DNA of 60,290 bases, the filler included, from Streblomastix strix (lineage: Eukaryota): the NCBI GenBank assembly GCA_008636045.1. It is 3 parts of 3 records of this genome, joined end to end, with 100 filler letters (N's around TTAATTAATTAA, not from the genome) between each part and the next. Parts side by side here need not be neighbours in the genome. Positions count along the whole stretch, not along the records: positions 20,144 to 40,180 come from SNRW01000465.1; 2 more parts are not named here. The stretch is one strand, 5' to 3'. Under the pieces are notes generated by a model that made no database searches, was not told the origin of the DNA, and saw only the letters and a list, made by a program, of their open reading frames with translations. The position numbers and the translations under genes were made by a program. Below, piece by piece: positions 25,147 to 36,899 of the stretch (its first letter is position 1; each line of letters starts with the position of its first letter).

Positions 25147-27996
25147 TCATTTAACCCATGTAACAGATGCGCATTAAATATATGTATAAGTTATTGATTT
25201 ACAGGCTTTAAGTCCTATTGAGTGTGTTATTATTATATAACCTCCATTATCAACAGTATGATTCGGAAATGAAATATATGTTGCAACAGCATCATTATCT
25301 TTAACTAAATAATCAAGATTAAATGTTCCAGCATTATAACTTCCTCCATTAGCGAGTAATGAAAATATGTATTGATTTCCGATTCTAATTAAACCATATT
25401 ATATTACTGCACTATTCATACCACTAAATGCAGAAGACGTTAAATCTTCAATTCCTCCAAATGATGATAATAATCTATCTCCACCGCCTGCTAGTAGAAC
25501 TGATGTATCATCTTTACCAGTTTTAGCAAATCCAGTAGCGGTAACAGTTGCGTTGAATGTCTTAGCTCCAGTTACTGATTGAGTTGTATTTGTTGTAACA
25601 ACATTCGTTAGTTTTGCATCAACATCTGACATAGTTAAGTAAGTATTAGCTACAGGATCCTGTGTTTCATCAGGATAGTCAAATAGACTTACATATTTTA
25701 ATCTTCCTGTTATTGTTTATTGAATTGAACCATCAAATCTTACAAACTTATTATTTTCTTCAGTTTGTGAAAAAGTCTATGTTTTTGTGTAATAATTTGA
25801 TAAATCAGTTGGTGCACCAGCGAATTCAGATATTGGTTTTGTTCCACCAGCTCCAAGTAATACAACAGTATCATTTACACCTAATTTGACAAAAGATGAC
25901 CCTGTTACTGTTGACATTCCATCAATTGAACTTATGAATCTACAAGCATTATTGAATGTTTTATTTGCTGTTATTGTTTATGAAGTACCTAAGGTCATAT
26001 AATTATACAGATCAGTCGTATTTGCCTTTTCATCCAATAATTCATCTGTTTTTGTTTTCGTGTAGTAACTACTTAAATCAACATCACCTGTTTCAATTTA
26101 AGATATCAATTGATCAGTTTCTATTTTTGTGTAAGTTGTTGATTAATTAGCTTTGTTATTGAGCAAATTATCGGCTTCTCCTTTTGTATATGAATCAATC
26201 AGTTATGTCTTATCTGCTTTCAATAATAAGAGTGCATCATATTCACTTTTGCTATAGGAAACACCTGTATCTGCTTTATTATTTAATAAGTTATCTGTCT
26301 CACCCTTAGTGTATGAATCAATCAATTAGGTCTTATCTGCTTTCGCAAATAGTAGTGTGTCATCTTCACCTTTAGTGTAAGAAGCTCCATTATTTGCTTT
26401 ATTATTTAAAAGGTTATCTGTTTCACCCTTAGTGTATGAATCAATCAATTGTGTCTCATCTGCTTTCGCAAACGGTAGTGTATCATCTTCACTTTTGGTA
26501 TATACTTCATCTCTGGCATAAGTTTCACTTTTGCTGTATGAATCAATCAATTATATCTTATCTGCCTTTGCAAACAGCAGTGTGTCATCTTCACCTTTTG
26601 TGTAGAAAACTCCTGTATTTGCTTTATTATTTAATAAGTTATCTGTCTCACCTTTGGTGTGTGAATCAATCAATTGAGTCTTATCTGCCTTCAATAATAA
26701 GAGTGCATCATCTTCACCTTTTGTGTATGAATCAATCAATTATGTTTTATCAGCATTTGCAAACAGTAGTGTGTCATCTTCACCTTTTGTGTAGGAAACT
26801 CCAGTGTTTGCTTTATTATTTAATAGATTATCTGTCTCACCTTTTGTGTATGAATCAATCAATTGTGTCTTATCAGCTTTAAATAACAGCAACGCATCAT
26901 CCTCTGATTTGGAATATGAAGCACTTTAAATATCTACAATTGATCTAACTCCTCCACCCGCACAAACAACACTTGAATTATAATATGTTCAAACTATGAT
27001 TCAAACTGAATCAATAGTTGTATTGAATATCTTTTAACAACTAATACTTTGATCATAATCTGTATCTACAAAATTCTTATTTTTTGCTGGTGTTAGCACA
27101 TTTCCATCAATTGAAATATCAGTTATTGCATTACCTCCTCCAGTAGCTGCACCTAGTGTTGTAACAACATTACTCATATCAGGTAATTTAGTTTCTAGTA
27201 CTTTTAAGTCTGTTCCATCCCATCAATAATCTGTTACCTCTTTATCAACAATATATAAATAATCTCCAATTACTAATTTTGCAACATTGTCTTGAAAAGC
27301 CATCCAGTCATTCAACTCTCCTTATGTTGAGAATACATATGCTTTTGACTTTCCAGTAGCAATGTCTCTAACCTCCTATAATTATGGTTGTGTTACTAAT
27401 GAACTTACTAACATATCTCCTCCACCTGCAAGAAGAATAGATGCATCATTTTAACTCTGTTTTGATATGCTTGAAACACCAATAACACCGAACTATTTTT
27501 ATCCTGTTATTGTTTGAGCAGAAGTTAAATCAACATAATTCGTTAAATCCGCAACATTAGCTTTCAGTAATAATAGAGCATCATCTTCTGTCTTAGAATA
27601 AACATCGATTAGTTCAGATTTAACAGCTTTCAAGAGTAAGATTGCATCATCTTCTGTCTTGGAATAAATGTCAGATTTATCAACTTTCAAGAGTAAGAGT
27701 GCATCATCTTCTAACTTGGAATAAGTTTCAGATTTATCAGCTTTCAAGAGAAAGAGTGCATCATCTTCTGTCTTAGAAAATAAATCAATTAGTTCAGATT
27801 TATCTGCTTACAATAGTAACGTTTCATTGAATTGTTCTTGATCATATGATTGCGGTACAATTTGTAAAATTGTGATTTATTAATTATTGTTCTAAACTTA
27901 TTCTATTAATCCAACCTTATTATATCTACTATTTCCAAATAAAGTTTCATTATGAATTTAAATAACATCGAAAACATGTGCTTCACTTTATGCCAT
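25147..27996 (-). pseudogene. Phage-tail-fibre-like repeat protein (~950 codons, disrupted)
   Basis: ATG 27996 MAQSEAHVFDVIQIHN...; tandem (ID)SY(S/T)K(T/G)EDDALLLLKADK(S/T) and YTKGETDNLLNNKA repeats; four Q(T/S)(I/V)xxxKxF...xxxAGG modules; unique C-terminal domain ending CASVTWVK* (TGA 25147-25149). Frameshift at ~27300 and in-frame TGAs at ~27223 and ~27000. Confidence 0.75.
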
Positions 27997-28026
27997 TTAT
28001 TCAAAAATAAACAACTCAACTGTAAG

Positions 28027-28569
28027 TCAAATTTTATTTAAAACTGCTAATAATCCCTACGATACTGCTTACATTACTCTTGAAGATATCTCGTTTAAGT
28101 CTAAAATTGATATTATTTTTTTTACTTTCTGCAGACATAACTTATAAGTATCTTTTAGTAAATTAACTTTATTTTCATATAATGCGGGAATATTTACATT
28201 TCCAATACAAATATCAGTTAATGTTATAGTACCAACATTCATGAATCTAGTGAAGCATGTACTAACATCTTCATTCAATTGAACTTATTATTCATTAACA
28301 TCAAATATATATGCAACAACTCGAATGAGTTATGGTACGGATAAAATGAAGTGAGCTGACTCTTTTAGCATAAGTTCATCCTCACTAATTATGTCCAATA
28401 ATCATTTACATACCGAAGTATCAGCAGTTAATTCATTTTCAAATATTGAGCTTCTTCTTCTGGATTGTTATATAGAGTCAATTGATGTTTATTACTTTTT
28501 TTCAAATGGTGAATCTTCTTCTATAATTGTTGGAATTGATGTCTGTCTTGGGAATATAATTTACGTCAT
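28027..28569 (-). pseudogene. Element-encoded hypothetical protein (181 codons, one internal TGA)
   Basis: MTQIIFPRQTSIPTIIEEDSPFEKK...HFILSVPQLIRVVAYIFDVNE...GLLAVLNKI*. The homologue at 38266-38809 has CGG where this copy has TGA. Confidence 0.7.
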
Positions 28570-28602
28570 TTTGTCTGAACAAAAATAAAATAAAATATAT
28601 TC

Positions 28603-28773
28603 TCAATTAAACATTGAAAAATATTCAGATTAGTCTTTTTTATGAATATCTTTTTCATCACCTTTTACAAATCCGTTTATTACATCAAATGCATTGGCTA
28701 TCAAAAAGAGATTAGCTGTCTCAACTAATGTTATGATTAGTAGTGAAGTACTGACTATGATTTCAAATATCAT
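28603..28773 (-). CDS. Small single-TM protein (56 aa)
   Basis: MIFEIIVSTSLLIITLVETANLFLIANAFDVINGFVKGDEKDIHKKDQSEYFSMFN*; partly conserved in the sister copy at ~38845-38995. Confidence 0.6.
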
Positions 28774-28829
28774 TTTCAATTAGATAAAAAAATAAATATA
28801 TGTCTGCTCTGCAGGCTTTCTAAAGGAAG

Positions 28830-29144
28830 TCAATTAGCCTTCGGTATGATCTTTTACTCTATATCAGTTTCTAAGTATTCTAACAGAAAACCCATATCAT
28901 CTTCTTTAAAATTATGATCAGATAATAATTTCATTAACTATTTTTGAACAGTGTTATTTCTACTATAAATTTACGTTTTCTTTTGTGCATATCTTCTCTT
29001 TGTTGCTAACTATTGCTTTCGTATCGCTTCCTTTCTATCTTCATCATTGAAGTATTTCTTTGGTCTTCCGACTGACCTCTTTTCAATTTATTATTCAACT
29101 TATTCACTTCGATTTTCATTGTTAATCTCGATTGTTGTCTCCAT
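28830..29144 (-). CDS. Small AT-hook, basic coiled-coil DNA-binding protein (104 aa)
   Basis: METTIEINN...EKRSVGRPKKYFNDEDRKEAIRKQQLATKRRYAQKK...IIPKAN*; GRPKK AT-hook followed by a basic helix. Confidence 0.7.
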
Positions 29145-29170
29145 TTTTGTTTAAGTAAAAAAAATAAAAT

Positions 29171-30190
29171 TCACAATTTTAATCTAAAGTATTATTTATA
29201 TTCGTTACCTAATTCATTTATATTTTTTGCCACTAATTTTGTGAAGTTTATTTGAAGTACTACAGTTTATATATCACTGTATAGGTTCAATAACTCAACT
29301 TTAACATTTCCATTAACTTATTCCATATATATACCAATTTTATTGAAATTGCGTCTAATCTTATCAAATTAGTGTTTTATCTTTGCGGTATCAATGTGTA
29401 ATAGTAAAATGTTACCTTTTTAATACTGTTTTAGACCATATTATTTTTATAATCTTAATATATCATTTAATTATTATTATTAGTGATAGTTGTATTATAC
29501 TTCTATTCGCTTATCATTTTAAACTTATATTGGACTATACTTATTTTAGTAAGCAATGTGTGGTGTATGATTATATAAATTTACAGTTTATTACATCAGT
29601 TATTCATTAGCAAGTTCATAAATGTTATTACCGAATGCGTTTCTTACTGTTCGAATTACTGTGTCAATTACTCTATTATGATTAATGAATTTGTTGCCTG
29701 TGAAGAATGTATTTATGTTGTTTTCTTTATAGAAATCATTTAGTAATTTTGAAGCATAAGCATTCTCACCATCTCCTCTGATATCATCAATCTAAACAAG
29801 TGATATAAGCTATTTGAGAGCATCAAGGATTAGAATTTATGATTTCGATTTCACTGGAATTACTACTAGATATTTAGTGTTTACATTAATGGTGAATAGA
29901 TATTGTTTAATTTCAACATTCTTTTTCTTTATGAATAATTAGTCAATTTCTCAAGAATTGTAGTTCGGTGAGAAGTATGGTCTTTCAAATTTCGCTAGTG
30001 GTTTGAGTTAATAATCATGTGGTTCTAGGGTATTAGTTTAAGGATAAATATCAAATTAGTTCTTAGTTTAATGTGTTGGGATATCATAGTAATTAGCTTT
30101 ACGGATAACTTCATACTTTGATTTGAATGGAAATTGCTTTTTTGCTATTACTTAGAATAAATCATCTTTTGCTAACTTTTTTAATTTCAT
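29171..30190 (-). pseudogene. Retroviral-type (rve) integrase, Polinton-like (340 codons, one internal TGA)
   Basis: FERPYFSPNYNS*EID...YLFTINVNTKYLVVIPVKSKS...IDDIRGDGENAY...NHNRVIDTVIRTVRNAFG...NLYNHTPH. The TGA at 29951-29953 sits where W of the W-x-x-D motif is expected. Confidence 0.85.
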
Positions 30191-30199
30191 TGTCTTATG

Positions 30200-30980
30200 T
30201 TAAGCAAAAATTTTCTATGGATATCTCTCGAGTATTATAAGATGTATTAATCATACCATTAACTAAGAGAATTGTCCACAAAGTTAACAGTTTATGCTAT
30301 TTAATCCAATACTTTGAACTGCTTTTAATTGAACTTATAATTCAGAAAACTGTTATAAAATGACTGTTTTGTACTAATATTTTCTTATTAAAGCATTGCA
30401 TTTATTTTTGTGTTTGGATCTATATCATTATCTAAATTGAGTTACTCTAATTCAATAACTAATTCCATTACCTACTACTATAATTTATTAAGTTCGTCAT
30501 CAGAGTTGATTGATTAGCTTTGTTTTTTAGCTTTTTACTTGAACTGTTAACTAGTTTTGTATTCAATAATGGTTAATTAATTCTTATAGGCTAATAGACT
30601 TAAGTTTATGGAAAAATTGATTAAGGTGTTTCGTCTAACTAAGGTTTTTGTTTCATTGTTCCTTATCTTGCTTAAGCAATTTATTAATCAGTTTACTCCT
30701 ATGCAATGATAAATTTATACAAATTCGGATTTTCATCCTCAGCCCAACTCTTATATTTATCCCATAATTTATTATTATCATCATTTGTTAAGTAAATAGT
30801 ATAATAATATCCATTTTCAATTAGTCTTTTATCTGAATCTTTATCTAATAATTTCTTCATCTATGCCTTTGTTAATATATCATTATCCGAGTTATCAAAA
30901 TTATATAAATAATTATAAGCTTGTGAATAAGAATCTATATTTTTCTATTGGTCAAGTTATTGATGCTTTCTTAATGTCAT
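30200..30980 (-). pseudogene. Element-encoded hypothetical coiled-coil protein (frameshifted)
   Basis: MTLRKHQQLDQQKNIDSYSQAYNYLY...KLWDKYKSWAEDENPNLYKF...MKQKPQ..., then after a frameshift SDDELNKLQQQVMELVIELEQL. Confidence 0.45.
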
Positions 30981-31042
30981 TTAATTTATAGTAAGTAAGC
31001 AAAAATAATCATCTTTAGATGCTTAGCTTTTAGATAAACAGT

Positions 31043-31642
31043 TCAATTAATTATGTTATATAGTCTTTTGAATTGAATAATGTATATTTTAATTTTATCA
31101 TTATCAATATCATAAGCATAAACAAATAACGATCCATTTCGTTTTTTCTCATTGATGTGTAATATTCTATATTTTAAGCCGTTATAGTAATAAAATTTGT
31201 CTGTTTCTTCACTAAAGTAATAAAATTTAAACGTATGTAATCCGTAATCATTAATAATAATAGTGCCATCAGATAATTAATCAACATATTCATGAATTAT
31301 ATCTTTATTATATTTCGATTTATTTTTACAATTGTCACTTGCTGAAACATACCTTAAATTACTTAAACTGTTATTTAACTTATTTTAATCCTTATGATCA
31401 ACTTATGTCTTATTAATCGGATCATCATTTTCAACGAATTGTTCTGCAATAATTTTAAGAAGTTCACACATTTACCCACTATCATTTCCACGCAAATATT
31501 AACACTTATTCTTACAGAATTTAGGAACAAATTCATCTTCTTTTCTACGTATAATCCATGGCTCATGTACTGAGATTTCAAATTCACTATTAGCTTTAAG
31601 AGTAACAAATTCTGTTTCAGTTTATGTTTCTGACATTTTCAT
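31043..31642 (-). CDS. HNH homing-endonuclease-like protein
   Basis: Open 200-codon frame: ...EFEISVHEPWIIRRK...IIAEQFVENDDPINKTQVDHKDQNKLNNSLSNLRYVSASDNCKNK..., the V-D-H-x-D-x-N-K-x-N-N-x-x-x-N-L HNH signature. Confidence 0.88.
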
Positions 31643-31685
31643 CAATGATAAAAAAATAAAAATAATATCTATCTTACTTTTTTAT

Positions 31686-31829
31686 TCATTTGCATAGCTT
31701 TGATTCCCAAGCGAACTTGATTACTGCCTCATAGATTGCTTTCCAAATAGCACGCCAATCAATGAGTAGTGATTCATAAGCTTCAATTGCAATCGTTACA
31801 TTTGAAGTAATTGGTTCAAAGATAGTCAT
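31686..31829 (-). CDS. Small hypothetical protein (47 aa)
   Basis: MTIFEPITSNVTIAIEAYESLLIDWRAIWKAIYEAVIKFAWESKLCK*, flanked by the same A/T spacers as its neighbours. Confidence 0.45.
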   Translation of the reverse strand: MTIFEPITSNVTIAIEAYESLLIDWRAIWKAIYEAVIKFAWESKLCK

Positions 31830-31856
31830 TTCATTAATGCAAAAATAAATTAATCA

Positions 31857-32225
31857 TTCACCTATATTATCAAGAAGATCGTCTAATTATTGCTAATAAT
31901 TATATCTAATTTCATCATATTCCATTAATGCAATATGTATTCTGTTATAACTAGTGTTATTACAATTAATCCAATGTAATTCATTTTATGTACTATTTTT
32001 AAGTATTCCTCTCATATCAATGAAAGTACTAGCACTGTTGTCAATAACTTTAATGTCACCGAAGAGGTTATTTATTTGATTATTAGTATGATTTGGTTTC
32101 TATTTAGATTATTTCATTTAATTAATAATTTCTTATTGTTACTCTTTCTTTTTCATTAATTCCTCAATCCTTTTATTGTTTGCATCAATTTGAGTTAGAT
32201 ATTGCTATATTGACTCAATTTTGGA
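31857..32225 (-). CDS. Element-encoded hypothetical protein
   Basis: SKIESIQQYLTQIDANNKRIEELM...NNLFGDIKVIDNSASTFIDMRGIL...LDDLLDNIGE*; start uncertain. Confidence 0.4.
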
Positions 32226-32246
32226 TTAAAATAAAAAATAATAAAT

Positions 32247-35200
32247 TCATTAATCTTTAACAATATAATCCTTTGCTGTCAATCCTTTAATATAAGGACA
32301 ACAACATTAATTCCTAAGTACTATTGACTTATTATTGAACCCAGTTAGTGCATACTTTTCAACTTGAATGCTACTCATAATATTATCGTACATTTTTAGT
32401 GTTCCATTAATACCATTCTTCACAATATCTTTATTAATTACATTGAAGTAATCACTATGAGATATATCTTATGTCTTACTAATACCTTTTGACGTTATTT
32501 TTGGTTTAAATTCATATTGTTATTTTTCTTTATTCAATTTATTTGCAATCATTGAATAGCATTTTGGACCTAATGATGTAAGTTCATATGCTTCATTTTC
32601 TATTCCAAATCCAAATATCTTTTTGTAATCATAGATGTCTTTATTAGGATCAGGTAAATACCGGTATATATGTTAGTCATAGAACCGCTTATCTGTGACT
32701 ATTGATTCAAATTATTAATGACAGTCTTTATTTGGATCACCTGCTATTGCGATATAGATTTAATCAGTATCTGCAAGAACAAAATGAAATAATTTACGAT
32801 CTAGACATTTATACATGAAGTTATATATATAATTGAGAAACCAATATTTTGCATTATCTAGTGTAAAGACTCCTGATTGAATTGATGTGAAGCAAGTAGC
32901 TGTCTTAGGCTTAGTTTATACTGCAAATGTGTTAGCACTAATCCGTCTGGTACCAATGTGATTAGGATGATGTTATTCGATGAAAGTACCACCTTTATCT
33001 AACATCTTTATCTTACCAAATTTCTCTGTATTTAGTGTATCATATCCATATGATGAGTTAATTATAAGCTTATAGAATTTTTCTTTAGTTGATCCTGCTA
33101 ATATAGATTAAATCTTTAAGTTCATCATTGTTCTAACAAATGGTTCATATGCCGCATTTTTTCAAAGACTGCAATAGCTTTATAGTCATTAATCACGAAA
33201 CAGAGATCAATAAGTAACCAAAGATAATAGTTATTGAATATCATAAACTGACCATTAGTGTCGAGTAATGTTGTAAGCTTTCTATCTTTCTTAGTAATTG
33301 GAAGAGAATGCTTTTGTGCTTATGAATACATATATTCACCTATCACATCTTCCTTGATTTCTATCTCACTGTTTCTAAATATAGGAGGTAAAGCAAGGAG
33401 GTTATTGTATTCTGATTTAGGAAAGTAGCCTTTGACTTTTGCTTCAAATATCTCTTTTCTCTAGTCTATACAGTTTTTTATTACATATGGTTTTTCTGAG
33501 TAAAATTTTGATCTGCCTGCCATATACATTCTATTATCAGTGAAAGGGATATTTTCATTTTTGACTGATGAATATGAACTGGGATAAAGACTGTTTCCAT
33601 CAAGAGCAAGTACATGAGTAGTGACATTTTCATTATCTTTACGAGATAACTTTGTTTGATTATTCATCATAAGTTAGTTCATTTATGTGAGTTTTACCTG
33701 CACTATTCTCTCTATGAAATTTCGCTGCGAGTCCACCTGTAATACATTCTCGAAGTAAATTATATATTCTTTCATCACTAACAGTCGAAATTAAATTGTG
33801 TTTAATTGCATATTATCTCATCTTGATATGTAATGAAGTTATATTTGGATCTCTATTTGCATGAGCAATATTACATGAAACACATGCAGGCAAACAGTTA
33901 TCTCTAGTATGAGGAAGTTCATTGTCTTATCTATCTAAACTTGGAGGATTGTCATAAGTGAATTTTGCACTACAAATTGAATACACTGATGTTTCGAATA
34001 ATCTCTTATAATAATCATAGTCATCAGCTGTTACGTTTTTCCCTGTTTCTCACCCTGCTTTATAATCTTGTTATTTGTAGTGATTACATTTATTTTTCCG
34101 ATACCCTGCTGTAAGTTCAAAAGGTTTAGCTTTAGGATTTGGATTGGAATAGTCTGCATTTATATCAAAATCAGAGTAATATGTCTATTTTTCACTTTCA
34201 AGATTGAATTTAGAAGTAAAGTATGTTGAATAATGTTTCGTTGCATATGCGCATGAAGCAATTGAAATATAGTGTAAAACATCATTATTGAATTATTCAA
34301 ATGTATCAATTAAGTTCATTATTGACTTAACCATAATCTCAGTATCATTAATTTTGTAATATTTGAGGTATTCTAATCTATTGATGAACGTCTTAAAATC
34401 AATCAAATATTAATCATATTCATCTTTAGTGATAGAATAACCTCCTTTGAGCTATGACTTGAAATCTTCACAATCAAATGGTTGTGTTTTCATTAGTACT
34501 TTGTTCCAATTCTTTGAATTAATAATTTGATAAGGAAATACATCTTTATGTTCAGATTTGTCGCCATAATCTTTAACACAAGCTTTTAATGTCATTGGTC
34601 CAAATAAATTCTCTGCATCAACGAATTGAAATTTCATGTATGACTTCTTGTGTGTTACTGTAATTGATTTAGTATTACTAAGATCACCAATAGGCACACC
34701 CATTGTCCAAAGTTCACAGTCTAACGTATCCCATAACAGAGTAATATCAAATCTTGAACTATTCCATCCAAGTACCTTAACACATTTGTCAAAAAGAATA
34801 TTTTCATCATCATAATTCATACACTAATATATCTATTCTGCTGATTCGAAAGTTAATGCGAGCCATAAATGAACAAATGATGAATTGGATTGCAATCCAT
34901 AATTTTCGAATTACTCTTAATAATTCTCAGATAATTCATCCAATAATGTATAATATCTGTTAACTAATTCATATGATTTGTCTTAATTGGGGAACACTTC
35001 TGTTGATGCAATTGATAATTTAGATAATTGTGAGAGTAATGTTGTTTAATCAGTTATATTTTTCATAACTTAATCACTTAATGTTTCAAAGTCATATGTT
35101 ATGAATCCTCGCCAAGCTTTAAATTGATCCATTAATCCATAAGCCATTATGTACTCTGTAGTAGGATGATTTAGTATTGCAGAACATATAGGCATTGGAA

Positions 35201-36815
35201 CATCATGTAATAAAATTTATGGCTCATGAGTTGATGATTTACATTTTTCCACATAAGTATTGAAATATTCATTAGCTCTTTTGTTATTATCTGATAATAT
35301 TGTTACATAATCATAGCAGTAAGGGCATATAAGAACACCTGTTAGCTTTTAAACATTAGATACATACATTACGTGCTGCTCAGTCCCATCATTAATGAGT
35401 AACAAGTCTAAAGTCATTGATTCATTATTAAGTTCACCATATAAATTAAATAGCCAATATTAACCTGTTTTCCCTTCTAACTCTTCATGATAAGTGTATG
35501 TGTTAACAATATGATTGAATGTATCAATGAATTTAGTCATTTCAGTTGAGATATTGAATCCTTAGTAATCTTATAAATATTTGTTAAATGATTAGTCTTT
35601 CTTTGCCTTATCATTATATAAGTACTTAAACTGTTATTACTTACCTTTAATTCTGTAGTAGTAAGCGAATAATTGTTTAACAAAAGTTATTACTTAGTGA
35701 TAGTCAACCTTTTTGTCAATTTCACTTCTTATTTTATAGGATAGTGCTATAAAGAAACATATTTTATAATCTGAATTTATATAATGAACTGAGTGTTATT
35801 TAACATGTTTATCAAGATATAGCATTTTTGTTCCAGTATCTATCAACTTATAAGTAACGAACATTACATTAAATATTCCAACTATCAGATTTTTAGTGTC
35901 TTCATATGATCGTTCCATTAATTCTCTTAAATATTTGAATATATCTACTTTGAATTATTCCAATGATTTCTTATCAGTTATTGTTGAATATTAATGTTTG
36001 AAAGCATCATCTAGTGAAGGAATTCTTGCTGAATATTTATAATTATTTCCATCAAGTATTTCTTATAATAGAACTCCAAAATCAATTTGAACTTTAAACA
36101 GAAGTCCTTTGTACGAATCATATACTTTATCTGCATATTAAGACTGTTGCTCTAACTGATTTAGTTTATTGAAGTAATGAAGTTTATAAGTAATTTCATC
36201 ATAAACAACTTCAGCAATTGTTTCATTATTTTTGAATTTACTTACTCTCTTTATTGCTTTAATTGCTCCCTCTTCAGTGTCAGCATCACATAATTGTAAA
36301 GCAATTTATGATAATTTATTTACCCTTTTTAAATTCTCAATTGTTGAAATTGCGTTAGAGATATCATCTTCATTTTGCATCAATTATTGATTGAGATTAC
36401 GTTTAATTTTATTGATTTTATCTTTATATATTCTATCAACATCAAACTGTTTAACTTTGAATTAATCTATATTATCATAAGCATCTTATCTATGTTAAAT
36501 TTTATTAATTCTATCATTATATATTCTATCAACATCAAATTCATTAAAGAAAAGTTGATGTTATCTATCATACAACTTATCTATGAAATCTGATTAATTG
36601 ACATCATTTTCTTACGAAAGTTATTGATATGGTTATCCAAATTGTTACTCAAGAAATTGTCGCACATTATTAAAGTTTGTTCTACTTCCTGTATAATTTA
36701 AATCCTTTAATTTAGTAACTAATTCTGTGTACAATGAACCATATTTATTCGATTCATTGATTGGTCTAACAATATCCATTAATTAAAAAATTTGTGGTTT
36801 TGTCAACTTAGACAT
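32247..36815 (-). pseudogene. Full-length protein-primed DNA polymerase B (~1520 codons, frameshifted; copy B)
   Basis: ATG 36815 MSKLTKPQIFQLMD...; ExoI FITYDFETL (~35095), ExoII VLGWNSSRFDITLL (~34760), ExoIII YLKYYKINDTEIM (~34350); motif A LALDGNSLYPSSYSS (~33590), motif B KLIINSSYG (~33060), motif C VLADTDQIYIA (~32770); stop TGA 32247-32249. Confidence 0.92.
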
Positions 36816-36899
36816 TTATTAAGAAATAAAAAAAAATAAATAATCATCATAATTAATAATATTAATTTTTACCTATAAATACATCCTTTGGATTTAGAA

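Noticed and set aside
26150..27830. Regularly spaced nucleotide repeats resembling a CRISPR array
   Set aside because: They are in-frame coding repeats with synonymous variation and no unique spacers; no cas genes, and the context is eukaryotic.
27000..29953. Possibility that TGA encodes Trp in the viral element
   Set aside because: TGA also replaces Arg and Gly codons, co-occurs with frameshifts and terminates the intact ORFs; TGG is used for Trp elsewhere.
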